Positions 1 through 8,969 of a stretch of 64,000 bases of DNA are shown one piece after another. Within the stretch, counting starts at the first letter, position 1. Each line of letters begins with the position of its first letter. Position numbers and translations under genes: made by a program. The stretch comes from Candidatus Krumholzibacteriia bacterium. GTDB taxonomy: Bacteria > Krumholzibacteriota > Krumholzibacteriia > LZORAL124-64-63. Below the pieces are notes generated by a model. The model made no database searches. It was given only the letters and a program-made list of their open reading frames with translations, and was not told the origin of the DNA. The stretch is taken from contig JANTGJ010000001.1 in the NCBI GenBank assembly GCA_024762975.1, positions 2,084-66,083 on the forward strand. The letters run 5' to 3'.

Positions 1-815
1 TCAATCATCGCGAGCCGACGGACAACGAGCTGTTCAATATCTGGGAAGGCGCCGATGATCTGGGCAGCAAGCCGCTGTTCGCCACGAGCCGCGAAGTGCG
101 CAACGCGCAGGGCGATGTGCAGTACGTCGAATGGTCGAATCCCTACGTTCAGGAAGAGCGCGTGACGGACTACGAGTTGGGCTTCTCGTGGCAGCGCCCG
201 AATCTGTTCTTCGCGCTGGGCGGCTACCGCATGGAGTTCGAGGACGAGATCGTGGCCTACGGTGGCGTGAACGACGACGGCAGCAGCATCCGCGGCAATG
301 CCGAGCAGACGCTGCACCAGGGCCTGGAGATGGAGCTGCGTGCGCGCATCGCCCGGGAGCACACGCTGTCGCTGGCGGCCTCGCGCTCCTGGGATGAATT
401 CGATACCTTTATCCAGTACCTGGACACGGACTGGGACGGCACCGCGGATACCGAAGTGGACAACTCCGGCAATCCGATTTCGCTGTTCCCCGAATACCTG
501 ATATCCGGTAACTGGGACGCCCAGTGGACGCCACAACTGCGTTCGCGCGTGCGAGTTCACAGCACGGGCAAGCAATACCTGGATAACACCGGCGACGACG
601 CCCGCACCATCGATGCGTGGGCGACGATCGATCTGTCGCTGTGGTGGGACCTGTCTGGACTGGGAATTGCAGGTTCAGCGTCCCCGACTGTTTTCGTGCA
701 TCTGAGAAATTTGAGTGACACGGAGTACGAAACTTGGGGATACTACTATGGAGAGAACTGGTACACCACCGGCCCCGGCCGGAACTTTGCCACGGGAGTG
801 AGCGCTAACTTCTGA
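1..815 (+). CDS. TonB-dependent receptor / outer-membrane beta-barrel, C-terminal part (5' end lies outside the window)
   Basis: The reading frame is open from the window edge to the stop at 813-815. C-terminal motifs 'HLRNLSDTEYETWGYYYG' and a terminal '...GVSANF' with an aromatic last residue are typical of TonB-dependent receptor barrels. Gly/Tyr/Asp-rich beta-strand composition. Confidence 0.6.
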   Translation, partial: NHREPTDNELFNIWEGADDLGSKPLFATSREVRNAQGDVQYVEWSNPYVQEERVTDYELGFSWQRPNLFFALGGYRMEFEDEIVAYGGVNDDGSSIRGNAEQTLHQGLEMELRARIAREHTLSLAASRSWDEFDTFIQYLDTDWDGTADTEVDNSGNPISLFPEYLISGNWDAQWTPQLRSRVRVHSTGKQYLDNTGDDARTIDAWATIDLSLWWDLSGLGIAGSASPTVFVHLRNLSDTEYETWGYYYGENWYTTGPGRNFATGVSANF

Positions 816-1540
816 TGTCTGACTACGATCCCGAACAGGGCGGGGCCTCCTGCCCGATTTTCCCGAAACAGGGCCCGCGGGCCGTTGTACTCTGCAACGG
901 CCCGCCGCCCCCCGATTCGCTGCTGGAGTACTGGCTGACAGGCGCCGACCTGTTCATCTGCACCGATGCGGCGGGGCACCCGTACGACCATCTGCCGCGC
1001 ATCCCCGAGATCGTCATCGGCGACTTCGATTCGCTGGCCGGACGCATCCTCAATGGACGCGACGGCCCGCGCTTTCTGCAGGTCGACGACCAGTACACCT
1101 CCGATAGCGAGAAGGCCCTGCTCTTCTTGGCCGAGCGAGGTATTGGCGAAGTGGTCCTGATGGGCGCGACCGGTTGGCGCGAGGACCATACCTTCTACAA
1201 CTTCCAGTTGCTCGAGCGTTTCGCCGATCAGGTGAACATCTGCGTCGCGGGGCACGATTCGGACATCATCCGGCTCGGGTCGCAGAGCCAGGTCTCGTGG
1301 GAGTTGACGCCGGGCACTCGTTTTTCTCTGCTGCCGCTCAGCGGTGAAGTCTCCGGAGTGACGCTCGAAGGCGCGATGTATCCGCTGCTGGGCGAGACGT
1401 TGAGTCTGCAGGGACCCGCGGCGATCAGCAACCGGGTGACCATGTCGCCGCTGTTGATCTCCGTCGGCGAGGGTTCGCTGCTGGTGATGGTCGACCGCGA
1501 GTTGGGTCCCGAGGTCATGGATGAAATGCCCGGCCGGTAG
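815..1540 (+). CDS. thiamine pyrophosphokinase
   Basis: ATG overlaps the upstream stop (TGATG). Motifs 'VVLCNGPPP', 'LFICTDAAG' and 'IGDFDSL' match the TPK catalytic N-domain, and a C-terminal thiamine-binding-like domain follows. Confidence 0.6.
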   Translation: MSDYDPEQGGASCPIFPKQGPRAVVLCNGPPPPDSLLEYWLTGADLFICTDAAGHPYDHLPRIPEIVIGDFDSLAGRILNGRDGPRFLQVDDQYTSDSEKALLFLAERGIGEVVLMGATGWREDHTFYNFQLLERFADQVNICVAGHDSDIIRLGSQSQVSWELTPGTRFSLLPLSGEVSGVTLEGAMYPLLGETLSLQGPAAISNRVTMSPLLISVGEGSLLVMVDRELGPEVMDEMPGR

Positions 1541-1571
1541 TTTCTCGCATCGTTTCTGAACGGAGTCCTGC

Positions 1572-2942
1572 GTGATTTCCCTGGCCGGCGCTGCCTACGC
1601 GCTGTTCCTGCTCTACGCCGTGGCCCGCCTGTTCCGGAAGTCCGCTTCCGGCGCGGCCGACTATATCGTGGCCGGCCGCCGCCTGACGTTGCCGGCATTC
1701 ACCGCCTCGCTGGTGACGACCTGGTATGGCGGAATCCTGGGCGTGGGCGAGTACACCTGGCAGCACGGGATCAGCAATTGGCTGGTCTTCGGCGTTCCCT
1801 ACTATCTCTTCGCCGGGATCTTCGCCGTATTCATCGCCGGGCGCGCCCGACGCTCCGAGGTCCTCACCGTTCCCGACCTGTTGCACCGCCGCTACGGCCG
1901 CACCGCGGCACTGATCGGCGCCGTGGTTCTGTTCGTGATGACCGCGCCGGCCGCCTACGTGCTGATGTTGGGCGTGCTGCTGAAATTTGCGACCGGTTGG
2001 CCACTGTGGGCAGGCGTGGCGATCGGCACCACGCTGTCGGTGGGCTACGTGTTCCGGGGCGGATTGCGCGCCGTGGTCGCCACCGACATCGTGCAGTTTT
2101 TTCTGATGTTCCTGGGTTTCCTGATTCTGGTACCGGTCTGTGTGGTCCAATTCGGCGGCTGGGAGTTCCTGCGGGCCGAGTTGCCGGCCACGCACTTGGC
2201 CTGGGACGGCGGGCTGGGTTGGCAGGCGATCGCCGTGTGGTACTTCATCGCGCTTTCGACGCTGGTCGAACCGGCTTTCTATCAGCGCTGTTATGCCGCG
2301 CAATCCGAAAAGGTGGCCCAGCGGGGGATCGCCGCCGCGATCGGCCTGTGGATCTTCTTCGACTTCCTGACGACCACGGCGGGCCTGTATGCGCGTGTGC
2401 TGCTCCCGGATCTGGCGGATCCGGTGCAGGCCTTTCCTGCGCTGGCGGCCCACGTGTTGCCTTCGTTCTGGCAGGGAGTGTTCACGGTGGGATTGCTGGC
2501 CACGATCATGTCCACGGTCGATAGCTATGCCTTCATCGGAGCGGTGACCCTGGGACGCGATGTGATCGGGCGCTGGCGTGGGGGAACGCGGATGGATGCG
2601 GCGTCCGATGAATCGTTGCCGCTGATCCGCTGGGCGTTGCTGGCTACTGCCGTACTGGCCGCGGCGATGGCCCTGGCCGCCGGTTCGGTGATCACCCTGT
2701 GGAAGACACTGGGCAGTCTGGGCACGCCGGTGCTGCTGTTGCCGTTGGCGCTTGCGCATACGAAACGCAGTCTGCCGGAACGGACGGTCGTCGTTTCGAT
2801 GGTTGCAGCCTGCGTCACGTCGGGTACCTGGATGGTCCTGGGTCACGGCGAACCGTGGTGGGGGATCGAGGCGATCTTTCCGGGGCTAGGGGTCTCGCTG
2901 GTCGTGGTCGGCTCCGCATTCGTGGTCAGAACCCGGGAGTGA
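1572..2942 (+). CDS. sodium:solute symporter (SSF) family transporter
   Basis: GTG start with GGAG 6 nt upstream. Multi-TM protein with 'DYIVAGRRL' and 'TTWYGGILGVGE' motifs characteristic of SSF/PutP/PanF-type transporters. Confidence 0.6.
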   Translation: MISLAGAAYALFLLYAVARLFRKSASGAADYIVAGRRLTLPAFTASLVTTWYGGILGVGEYTWQHGISNWLVFGVPYYLFAGIFAVFIAGRARRSEVLTVPDLLHRRYGRTAALIGAVVLFVMTAPAAYVLMLGVLLKFATGWPLWAGVAIGTTLSVGYVFRGGLRAVVATDIVQFFLMFLGFLILVPVCVVQFGGWEFLRAELPATHLAWDGGLGWQAIAVWYFIALSTLVEPAFYQRCYAAQSEKVAQRGIAAAIGLWIFFDFLTTTAGLYARVLLPDLADPVQAFPALAAHVLPSFWQGVFTVGLLATIMSTVDSYAFIGAVTLGRDVIGRWRGGTRMDAASDESLPLIRWALLATAVLAAAMALAAGSVITLWKTLGSLGTPVLLLPLALAHTKRSLPERTVVVSMVAACVTSGTWMVLGHGEPWWGIEAIFPGLGVSLVVVGSAFVVRTRE

Positions 2943-2958
2943 CAGCTTCGACTGCAGG

Positions 2959-4641
2959 CTAGCTGTTTCCGACCTGGAGGGCGCCCAGTCGGCGCCGCGC
3001 TCCCAGATGCCCCGGATCCAACTCCAGCGTTCGCCGGAAACTGGCCGCGGCGGCCGAGGTCTTCCCCTCGCGCAACTGCACCAATCCCAGATTGTACCAG
3101 GCCCCGGCGTAGTCCGCCTGTTGCTCGATCGCCGTCTCGAAATGCGCGTGCGCACCGCGCAGGTCGCCCATGCGGGCCAGTGCGATCCCCAGATTGTTGT
3201 GTGCCTCGGGAAACTCGGGCTGCCGTTTCACCGCTGCGCGATAGTGGACGGCGGCTTCGGCGGTGCGATCGAGCTTGAACAGCACATTCGCCAGATTGAA
3301 ATGATGCACCGCGTCCTGCCGCAGTTCGACCGCGCGCCGCAGGTGGGGCAGCGCCTCGACGGAGCGGCCCGCGTCGTCGAGCATCACGCCCAGGTTCAGG
3401 TGTGCGAGGTAGTTCTCTTCATTCACCTCCAGCGCATGGCGGAAGAGGGTACCGCTGTCGCGCCAGACGGCGGTCTGCCGGTGGGCCAGCGCGGCGCCGG
3501 CCAGGACTGCGGCCACCGCCAGCGTGACAACCGGCCAGCGCAGCCACGTCCGCTGTTGTACGGCCTCGTTCAGCAGCCAGGCCAGCGCCACGAACAGCCC
3601 GATCGAGGGCAGGTAGAAGTAACGGTCGCTCATCAGTTGCATACCGCCCTGCACCAGGCCGACCACCGGCAGCAGCATCACCAGATACCACAACCAGCCC
3701 ATCCACACCATCGGGAGGCGATCGCGCAGGCGCCAGGCCGCGCCCGTCACACTGATCAGCAGCAATGCCCAGGCGGCGATGCGTGCCCACTCGAAATGCA
3801 GGCCCTCGGGTGGATAGAAGACCGACAAGCCGACGGGATAGAACATCTTGCCCAGATACAGCGCGTAGAAGGCGATGGCCTGTCCGATGCGCTCGAACAG
3901 CGGGATCGGGTCGGGAGCGCCGATGTCGCGCGCCTGCACCAGCAGGAACGTCACAATCGACATCGCCGCGGCCAGCAGCAGGAACGGAATCTTCTCCAGC
4001 AGCAGGCGCAGCAGCGGGCGGCGCTCACCGGGACCACTGCAGTCGATCAGCAGCAGCAGCACCGGCAACGTGACCACCATGGGCTTGGCCATCAGGGCCA
4101 GCGCGAAGCAGATCAGTGTTCCGATATAGCGCCGCGCCGTCAGGGGTCCGCCGCGGCCCAGGTAGACGCGAAGCGCGGCCATGAAGAAGAAGCCGCTCAG
4201 TACGTCCTTGCGCTCGGCGACCCAGGCGACCGATTCGACGTGCAGAGGGTGGATCGCGAATAGCGCAGCAACCAACGCCGCACGCCAGACCACGCCCGTC
4301 CATCCCCGCAGGAGGACGTAGAGCAGGAAGACCGTGGCCAGATGGAGCAGCAGGTTGGTCAGGTGGTACCCGCGCGGATCCAGACCATGGATCTGCTCGT
4401 CGGCCAGGAAGCTGAGCCAGGTCACCGGCATCCAGAGATTCGCCTCGCGATTGGTGAACGCCCAGCCAATACCGCCCGCAGAGAGGCCCTGCTCGAGCGC
4501 CGCGTTGTCGGCGACGTAGACATTGTCATCCAGGTTCGTGAAGCCGAACTGCAGCGTCTGCGTGAAGACGCCCGCCCCGAGCGCGATCAACAGCAGGGGC
4601 ACCAGCAGCAGGAGAATGGGCGGGAGCTTCGGCTGGGACAT
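2959..4641 (-). CDS. membrane protein with N-terminal PMT/TMTC-like (GT39-like, DUF1736-type) multi-TM domain and C-terminal TPR repeats
   Basis: ATG at 4641. Hydrophobic N-terminal region with loops typical of TMTC-like putative glycosyltransferases. C-terminal part has 34-aa TPR repeats ('AHNNLGIALARMGDLRGAHAHFETAIE', 'AGAWYNLGLVQLREGK'). Confidence 0.55.
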   Translation of the reverse strand: MSQPKLPPILLLLVPLLLIALGAGVFTQTLQFGFTNLDDNVYVADNAALEQGLSAGGIGWAFTNREANLWMPVTWLSFLADEQIHGLDPRGYHLTNLLLHLATVFLLYVLLRGWTGVVWRAALVAALFAIHPLHVESVAWVAERKDVLSGFFFMAALRVYLGRGGPLTARRYIGTLICFALALMAKPMVVTLPVLLLLIDCSGPGERRPLLRLLLEKIPFLLLAAAMSIVTFLLVQARDIGAPDPIPLFERIGQAIAFYALYLGKMFYPVGLSVFYPPEGLHFEWARIAAWALLLISVTGAAWRLRDRLPMVWMGWLWYLVMLLPVVGLVQGGMQLMSDRYFYLPSIGLFVALAWLLNEAVQQRTWLRWPVVTLAVAAVLAGAALAHRQTAVWRDSGTLFRHALEVNEENYLAHLNLGVMLDDAGRSVEALPHLRRAVELRQDAVHHFNLANVLFKLDRTAEAAVHYRAAVKRQPEFPEAHNNLGIALARMGDLRGAHAHFETAIEQQADYAGAWYNLGLVQLREGKTSAAAASFRRTLELDPGHLGARRRLGALQVGNS

Positions 4642-4657
4642 GTCTCTCCGGTCCGGG

Positions 4658-6067
4658 ATGTGGGCTTTCGCCTGTCTTTTCAGCGGCTCAGAGAATATAC
4701 TGGAAACGACCGGTCACCAATCGATTTCGAAGGCGGGGATTCAGCTCTTGGGCCACCTGGGACACATCAAGAACGAGTACCGATCGTTGGCGAAGCGCCT
4801 CGAGGCGGGACCTGTCGCGCTGCCCGAACCGGCCGATCCGCACGCGTGGGAGGGGTGGAAGGAGATCCTCGAGATCCTCTACACCCCCGAGGACGCGGAA
4901 TTGCTTTCGCGTCTTCCGGTGATGCCCAGTTCGCTGCGCAAAATCGCCGAGCGTGTGAAGATCGACGAGGCAGATCTGGCTCCGCGCCTGGACGACTTAT
5001 GCGATCGCGGACTGGTGCTGGACCTGGTGCATCCGAAGACCGGGAAGAAGAAATTCCTGTTGGCGCCACCGGTCGTCGGCTTCTTCGAATTTTCGCTGAT
5101 GCGTGCGCACGATCACATCCCCAAGAAACGGATGGCCGAGGCTCTCGAGGCCTATACCCATCATGACCGTGTCTTCGCCGAAGAGGTTTTTTCGGGCAGC
5201 ACGGTCATCGGTCGAGCGCTGGTGTACGAGAACAGCCTCGGCGAGGATCCGACCGAGACACCCGAAGTACTCGACTGGGAACGTGCCACGGCCGTGATCG
5301 GAAGCGCCCGCGAGATTGCCGTTTCACTGTGCTATTGCCGTCACAAGGCCGAGCATCTGGGTACGGCATGCGAGGCACCGCAGGACAATTGCCTGTCGTT
5401 GAACGGGGGCGCCGAGTTCGTCCTGCGCCACGGTTTCGGCCGCCGTATCGACAAGGCCGAAGCGATGCAGATCCTGGAGGACTCGCGGCAGCGCGGCCTG
5501 GTGCAGATCGCCGACAACGTGAAAAATCAGCCCGCCTATATCTGCAATTGCTGTTCGTGCTGTTGCGCCCAGCTGCAGGCGATCAACCAGTATGATCTGC
5601 GCGCGGTCAATCCCAGCGGTTTCGTCCCCGTTGTGGACCACGGAATGTGCAACGGCTGTGGCCAGTGTTCGCGCTCCTGCCCGGTCGATGCCATCGAATT
5701 GACCAAGGTCGGCGATACGGGCAAGGCGCGTCTGGATCTGCGCCCGGTGGTCGATCCCGAACGGTGTATCGGTTGTGGAGTTTGTACCGGAGCCTGCAGC
5801 CAGTCGGGCCTGAAGATGGTGCCTGGCGAGAAGAAGCCGCACATCCCGCACAACGCCATCGAGCGCGCCCTGCGCCAGGTGATCGAGCATGACCGCCTGG
5901 CCCATTTCCTTTTCGACGAAGGCGCTTCGCGCGGCCACCGCTTCCTGAATCGGGTCTGCCAGGCGCTGAACGACTTGCCGCCGGTACAAAAACTGTTGGC
6001 GCGTGAACAGGTGCAGTCGCGTTTTGTTCGCGCGATGTTGGGACCGATTGACGATCCCGGAGTCTGA
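4658..6067 (+). CDS. iron-sulfur protein: 2x[4Fe-4S] ferredoxin-type domain preceded by an unusual Cys-dense 'YICNCCSCCCAQ' segment; N-terminal domain unknown
   Basis: Two ferredoxin motifs, 'CNGCGQCSRSCP' and 'CIGCGVCTGACS'. Upstream cysteine cluster 'CNCCSCCC' plus 'CYCRH' and 'CEAPQDNC'. The start is uncertain: ATG 4658 has no clear RBS and an in-frame TTG at 4748 is an alternative. The 4523 extension was rejected because it overlaps the divergent gene. Confidence 0.5.
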   Translation: MWAFACLFSGSENILETTGHQSISKAGIQLLGHLGHIKNEYRSLAKRLEAGPVALPEPADPHAWEGWKEILEILYTPEDAELLSRLPVMPSSLRKIAERVKIDEADLAPRLDDLCDRGLVLDLVHPKTGKKKFLLAPPVVGFFEFSLMRAHDHIPKKRMAEALEAYTHHDRVFAEEVFSGSTVIGRALVYENSLGEDPTETPEVLDWERATAVIGSAREIAVSLCYCRHKAEHLGTACEAPQDNCLSLNGGAEFVLRHGFGRRIDKAEAMQILEDSRQRGLVQIADNVKNQPAYICNCCSCCCAQLQAINQYDLRAVNPSGFVPVVDHGMCNGCGQCSRSCPVDAIELTKVGDTGKARLDLRPVVDPERCIGCGVCTGACSQSGLKMVPGEKKPHIPHNAIERALRQVIEHDRLAHFLFDEGASRGHRFLNRVCQALNDLPPVQKLLAREQVQSRFVRAMLGPIDDPGV

Positions 6068-6171
6068 ACCTTCTGTCCCGCTTCCGTATTGCCGGTGGCA
6101 TGTTCACTGTTGAAAGTGTAGTCTCGGCGGGGTTCTCGCCTGTTCATCTCGCATTTTCGGAGGTTTGCCAC

Positions 6172-6747
6172 ATGAAGAGTCTTGTTACGATCGTGGCCGC
6201 GCTGGTCTGTCTGGCCTGCGTCGGCACAGCATGGGCCGGCGACCAGCACACCTACTTCAACCTCGGCCTTGCCTGGGCAGATCCGGACTATGGCGATGAG
6301 GTTAATACCCTGTTCGACGCGATTGCGGATCAGCCTCAGGTGGACCACATTACGGTGGGCGTCGATCTCGGTTTGTATTTCGCCATGGGACAGTCGGCAA
6401 TGTTCGGCCCGGCGCTGACCGGAATCGGTGATCGCTACGAACTCAACGGTGATGCGATGCAGGTCAACCAGTACCTGATCGGCGGCAGTTATCGCTACTA
6501 CATGTCCGGTGAGCGAGGCAAGGGCGTTTTCCTGCGCGGCGATGCCGGCGGGGCCCGCATGGTCCTGGATATCGATGGGCTGGACACTGTGACCAGTGAC
6601 TGGGGCTTCGGCTTCCTGGTCGGTGGCGGCATATCGTTCCAGATCGGTGGCGGTACCTGGTTCTCGATCAACGCCGATTACACGCAGAAGACCATCGAGG
6701 ATGAGACCGTGGGCGGTGTGACCGTGGGCGGTGCTTTCCTGTTCTGA
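6172..6747 (+). CDS. outer-membrane beta-barrel protein (OmpA-like porin / opacity-type barrel)
   Basis: GGAGG RBS 9 nt upstream of ATG. Signal peptide 'MKSLVTIVAALVCLACVGTAWA'. Alternating amphipathic strands, Gly-rich, terminal '...GGAFLF'. Confidence 0.5.
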   Translation: MKSLVTIVAALVCLACVGTAWAGDQHTYFNLGLAWADPDYGDEVNTLFDAIADQPQVDHITVGVDLGLYFAMGQSAMFGPALTGIGDRYELNGDAMQVNQYLIGGSYRYYMSGERGKGVFLRGDAGGARMVLDIDGLDTVTSDWGFGFLVGGGISFQIGGGTWFSINADYTQKTIEDETVGGVTVGGAFLF

Positions 6748-6914
6748 TCCTGATGCATGGGTGCGTCAGTAGGGCGCGGGGGCCCGGGGCTTCGCGCCCA
6801 TATCTGTAAGTTGTGCCGCCGACCTCCAGTATCCGCTCCGTCGGGCCGGTAGCCGGACAAGACTCCGGAACAGGCGCTGACCCAACACCTCCCGGCGAGA
6901 CTGCATTCCATATG

Positions 6915-6945
6915 AAACCGGCCGCCCCGAAAGGCGGCCGGTTCT
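6915..6945. terminator. bidirectional rho-independent terminator between the convergent OMP gene and serC
   Basis: Perfect hairpin CCGGCCGCC-ccgaaa-GGCGGCCGG. It is followed by TTCTGCTC on the + strand and by TTTCATAT on the - strand. Confidence 0.55.
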
Positions 6946-6969
6946 GCTCGTTGAGCGTGCGTTGTTCGA

Positions 6970-8055
6970 CTAGCCGTTGGCCTTCGCAAACGCCGCCATG
7001 AAGTCAGCCAGCGCCTGGGCGCCGGCAACCGGCATGGCGTTGTACACTGAAGCACGACAACCCCCAACGCTGCGATGTCCCTTCAATCCACTCATGCCCT
7101 CAGCCAGTGCCTCGGCCACGAATTTCTTCTCCAGGTCCTCGTTCGGCAGACGGAACACGATGTTCATCTTCGAACGGCAATTCTCGTTCACGGGACAACT
7201 GTAGAAGTCGGCATCGTCGCGCATTGCTCCGTAGATCAGGTTGGCGCGATCGTCGGCCATCTTTTCGGCTGCTTCCAGGCCGCCCTGGGCCTCGAGCCAT
7301 TTCAGTGTCTTACCGATCATGTAGATCGGGAACACCGGCGGCGTGTTGTACATCGAGTCCTTCGGAGCGTGCGTCGCATAGCTCAGGTACGCCGGCAGAT
7401 CCTGGCGGCTGCGCTCGAGCAGGTCCTCTCGGATGATCACGATCGCGGCACCGGCCGGCCCGGCATTCTTCTGTGCTCCGGCATAGATCAGGCCGAACTT
7501 CGAGATGTCGACACGGCGGCTGACGAAGTCGCTGCTCATGTCGCAGACCAGGGGCACGTCGCCCGTGTCCGGGAACTCCGGCCACTGGACACCGCCGATG
7601 GTTTCGTTGCTGGTCATGTGGAAATAGGCCGCGTCCTCGCTGACCTGGAGGTCGGCGATGTTCGGCAGGTTCATGAATTTTTCATCGCTGCCGTCGTAGG
7701 CCAGGTTCACGAACCCGATCTTCTGGGCATCGGCGTAGGCTTTCTTCGACCAGGCACCAGTCAGCGTCAGGTCGCACTTGCCGCCCGGGCCCATCAGGTT
7801 CATCGGCACCATGGCGAACTGCAGCGTCGCGCCACCGCCCAGGAAAAGGACCTTGTAGTTGTCGGGCAGGTTGTACAGGCGGCGCACGACATCCATGGCC
7901 TCCATGTGGACCTCGTCGTAGTGCTTGCCACGGTGGCTCATCTCGATCAGGGACATCCCGGCACCCTGGTAGTCGACGAACTCGGCCGCGGCCTCTTCGA
8001 TCGCGGGCAGGGGCAGTGTGCAGGGACCGGCACTGAAGTTGAAGATGCGGCTCAT
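6970..8055 (-). CDS. serC: phosphoserine aminotransferase
   Basis: Full-length match to SerC: 'FNFSAGPCTLP', 'MSHRGKHYD', the PLP-lysine region 'IYAGAQKNAGPAG', and a C-terminal 'GGCRASVYNAMP'. Confidence 0.9.
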   Translation of the reverse strand: MSRIFNFSAGPCTLPLPAIEEAAAEFVDYQGAGMSLIEMSHRGKHYDEVHMEAMDVVRRLYNLPDNYKVLFLGGGATLQFAMVPMNLMGPGGKCDLTLTGAWSKKAYADAQKIGFVNLAYDGSDEKFMNLPNIADLQVSEDAAYFHMTSNETIGGVQWPEFPDTGDVPLVCDMSSDFVSRRVDISKFGLIYAGAQKNAGPAGAAIVIIREDLLERSRQDLPAYLSYATHAPKDSMYNTPPVFPIYMIGKTLKWLEAQGGLEAAEKMADDRANLIYGAMRDDADFYSCPVNENCRSKMNIVFRLPNEDLEKKFVAEALAEGMSGLKGHRSVGGCRASVYNAMPVAGAQALADFMAAFAKANG

Positions 8056-8937
8056 TTACTTACCTCCCACGAAATTTTCGATGTGTGCGACAACTTCGTC
8101 GCCGATGCGCAACAGGTTCTCGACGGACGAGGCGCCCAGATGCGGGGCCATCAGCGTGTTCGGGGCGCTCAGGATCGGGTAGTCCTCGCTCGGCGGATCG
8201 CTGTCCCACACGTCGGTGGCGTAGCAGGCGATCTTGCCGCTTTCGAGAGCGGCTTTCATGGCGGCAGCGTCGACGGTCAGGCCACGGCCGGTGTTGATGA
8301 CGACGGCGCCGTCCTTCATCCTGGCGATCATGTCGGCATTCAGCAGGTCGATCGTCTCGGGAGTTTTGGGAAGGTGCATCGACAGGTAGTCGACTTGCGG
8401 CATCAGTTCCTCCAGCGATCCGACCATCTCGGCCTTGTCCGACTCGGAGACGTACTTGTCGTAGGCCTTGACCGTCATGCCGAAGGCCGCGGCGCGGGTG
8501 GCCACAGCCTGCGCGATGTTGCCGATGCCGACCAGACCCAGGACCTTGCCGTTCAACTCGGTGCGCTTGAGTTGCTTCTTCGCCCACTCGCCGGCGGCCA
8601 TGGTGGTGTGCGCCTTGACGATGTGATTCGGCACGGCCAGCATCATGGCGAACGCCAGTTCGGCCACGGCGATACTGGGGCTCTTGGGCGTGTTGTGGAC
8701 GACGATGCCCTTCTCCTTGCAGTAGGGCTTGTCGATATTGTCGGTGCCTACGCCACCGCGGATGATCATTTTCAGGTTCTTGGCCTCGTCGATGTACTCG
8801 CGTGTGGCTTTGGTCTTGGACCGGATCAGCACCACGTCGGCCTCGGGCAGACGCGCCTTGTCGTCGGTCACTTCGCCGAACTTCGCCAGCTTCTCGGGCA
8901 GCGAAGGATCAAAGGCGTCGGAAATCAGGATCAGCAT
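8056..8937 (-). CDS. serA: D-3-phosphoglycerate dehydrogenase (short-form 2-hydroxyacid dehydrogenase)
   Basis: NAD-binding 'GLVGIGNIAQAVA' and the catalytic region of D-isomer 2-hydroxyacid dehydrogenases. Start placed at ATG 8937, which sits 5 nt after an AAGGAGG. The ORF-track start at 8952 is a TTG inside that RBS. Confidence 0.8.
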   Translation of the reverse strand: MLILISDAFDPSLPEKLAKFGEVTDDKARLPEADVVLIRSKTKATREYIDEAKNLKMIIRGGVGTDNIDKPYCKEKGIVVHNTPKSPSIAVAELAFAMMLAVPNHIVKAHTTMAAGEWAKKQLKRTELNGKVLGLVGIGNIAQAVATRAAAFGMTVKAYDKYVSESDKAEMVGSLEELMPQVDYLSMHLPKTPETIDLLNADMIARMKDGAVVINTGRGLTVDAAAMKAALESGKIACYATDVWDSDPPSEDYPILSAPNTLMAPHLGASSVENLLRIGDEVVAHIENFVGGK

Positions 8938-8969
8938 ATCAGCCTCCTTCAAGGTCTGTGGTGTTCAGG

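Noticed and set aside
1515-2846. 443-aa minus-strand ORF antisense to the symporter gene, together with many similar long ORFs. Examples: 3007-4263 +, 7075-9276 +, 10536-11936 -, 16539-17957 +, 18910-20343 +, 20397-21470 +, 22672-23892 +, 25549-26667 -, 27489-29081 -, 31788-34178 -, 34667-36487 -, 40700-41920 -, 42329-43924 -, 44737-46485 -, 49500-50747 -, 50126-51565 +, 56041-59460 -, 62323-63999 -.
   Set aside because: All are shadow ORFs opposite genes with strong family signatures. Their translations are Arg/Ala/Gly/Pro/His-rich low-complexity sequence with no recognisable motifs. High GC suppresses stop codons on the antisense strand.
4523-4657. 5' extension of the Fe-S protein ORF back to 4523
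   Set aside because: It would overlap the N-terminus of the divergent TMTC-like gene (start at 4641) and has no RBS or homology. The start was moved to ATG 4658, with TTG 4748 noted as an alternative.
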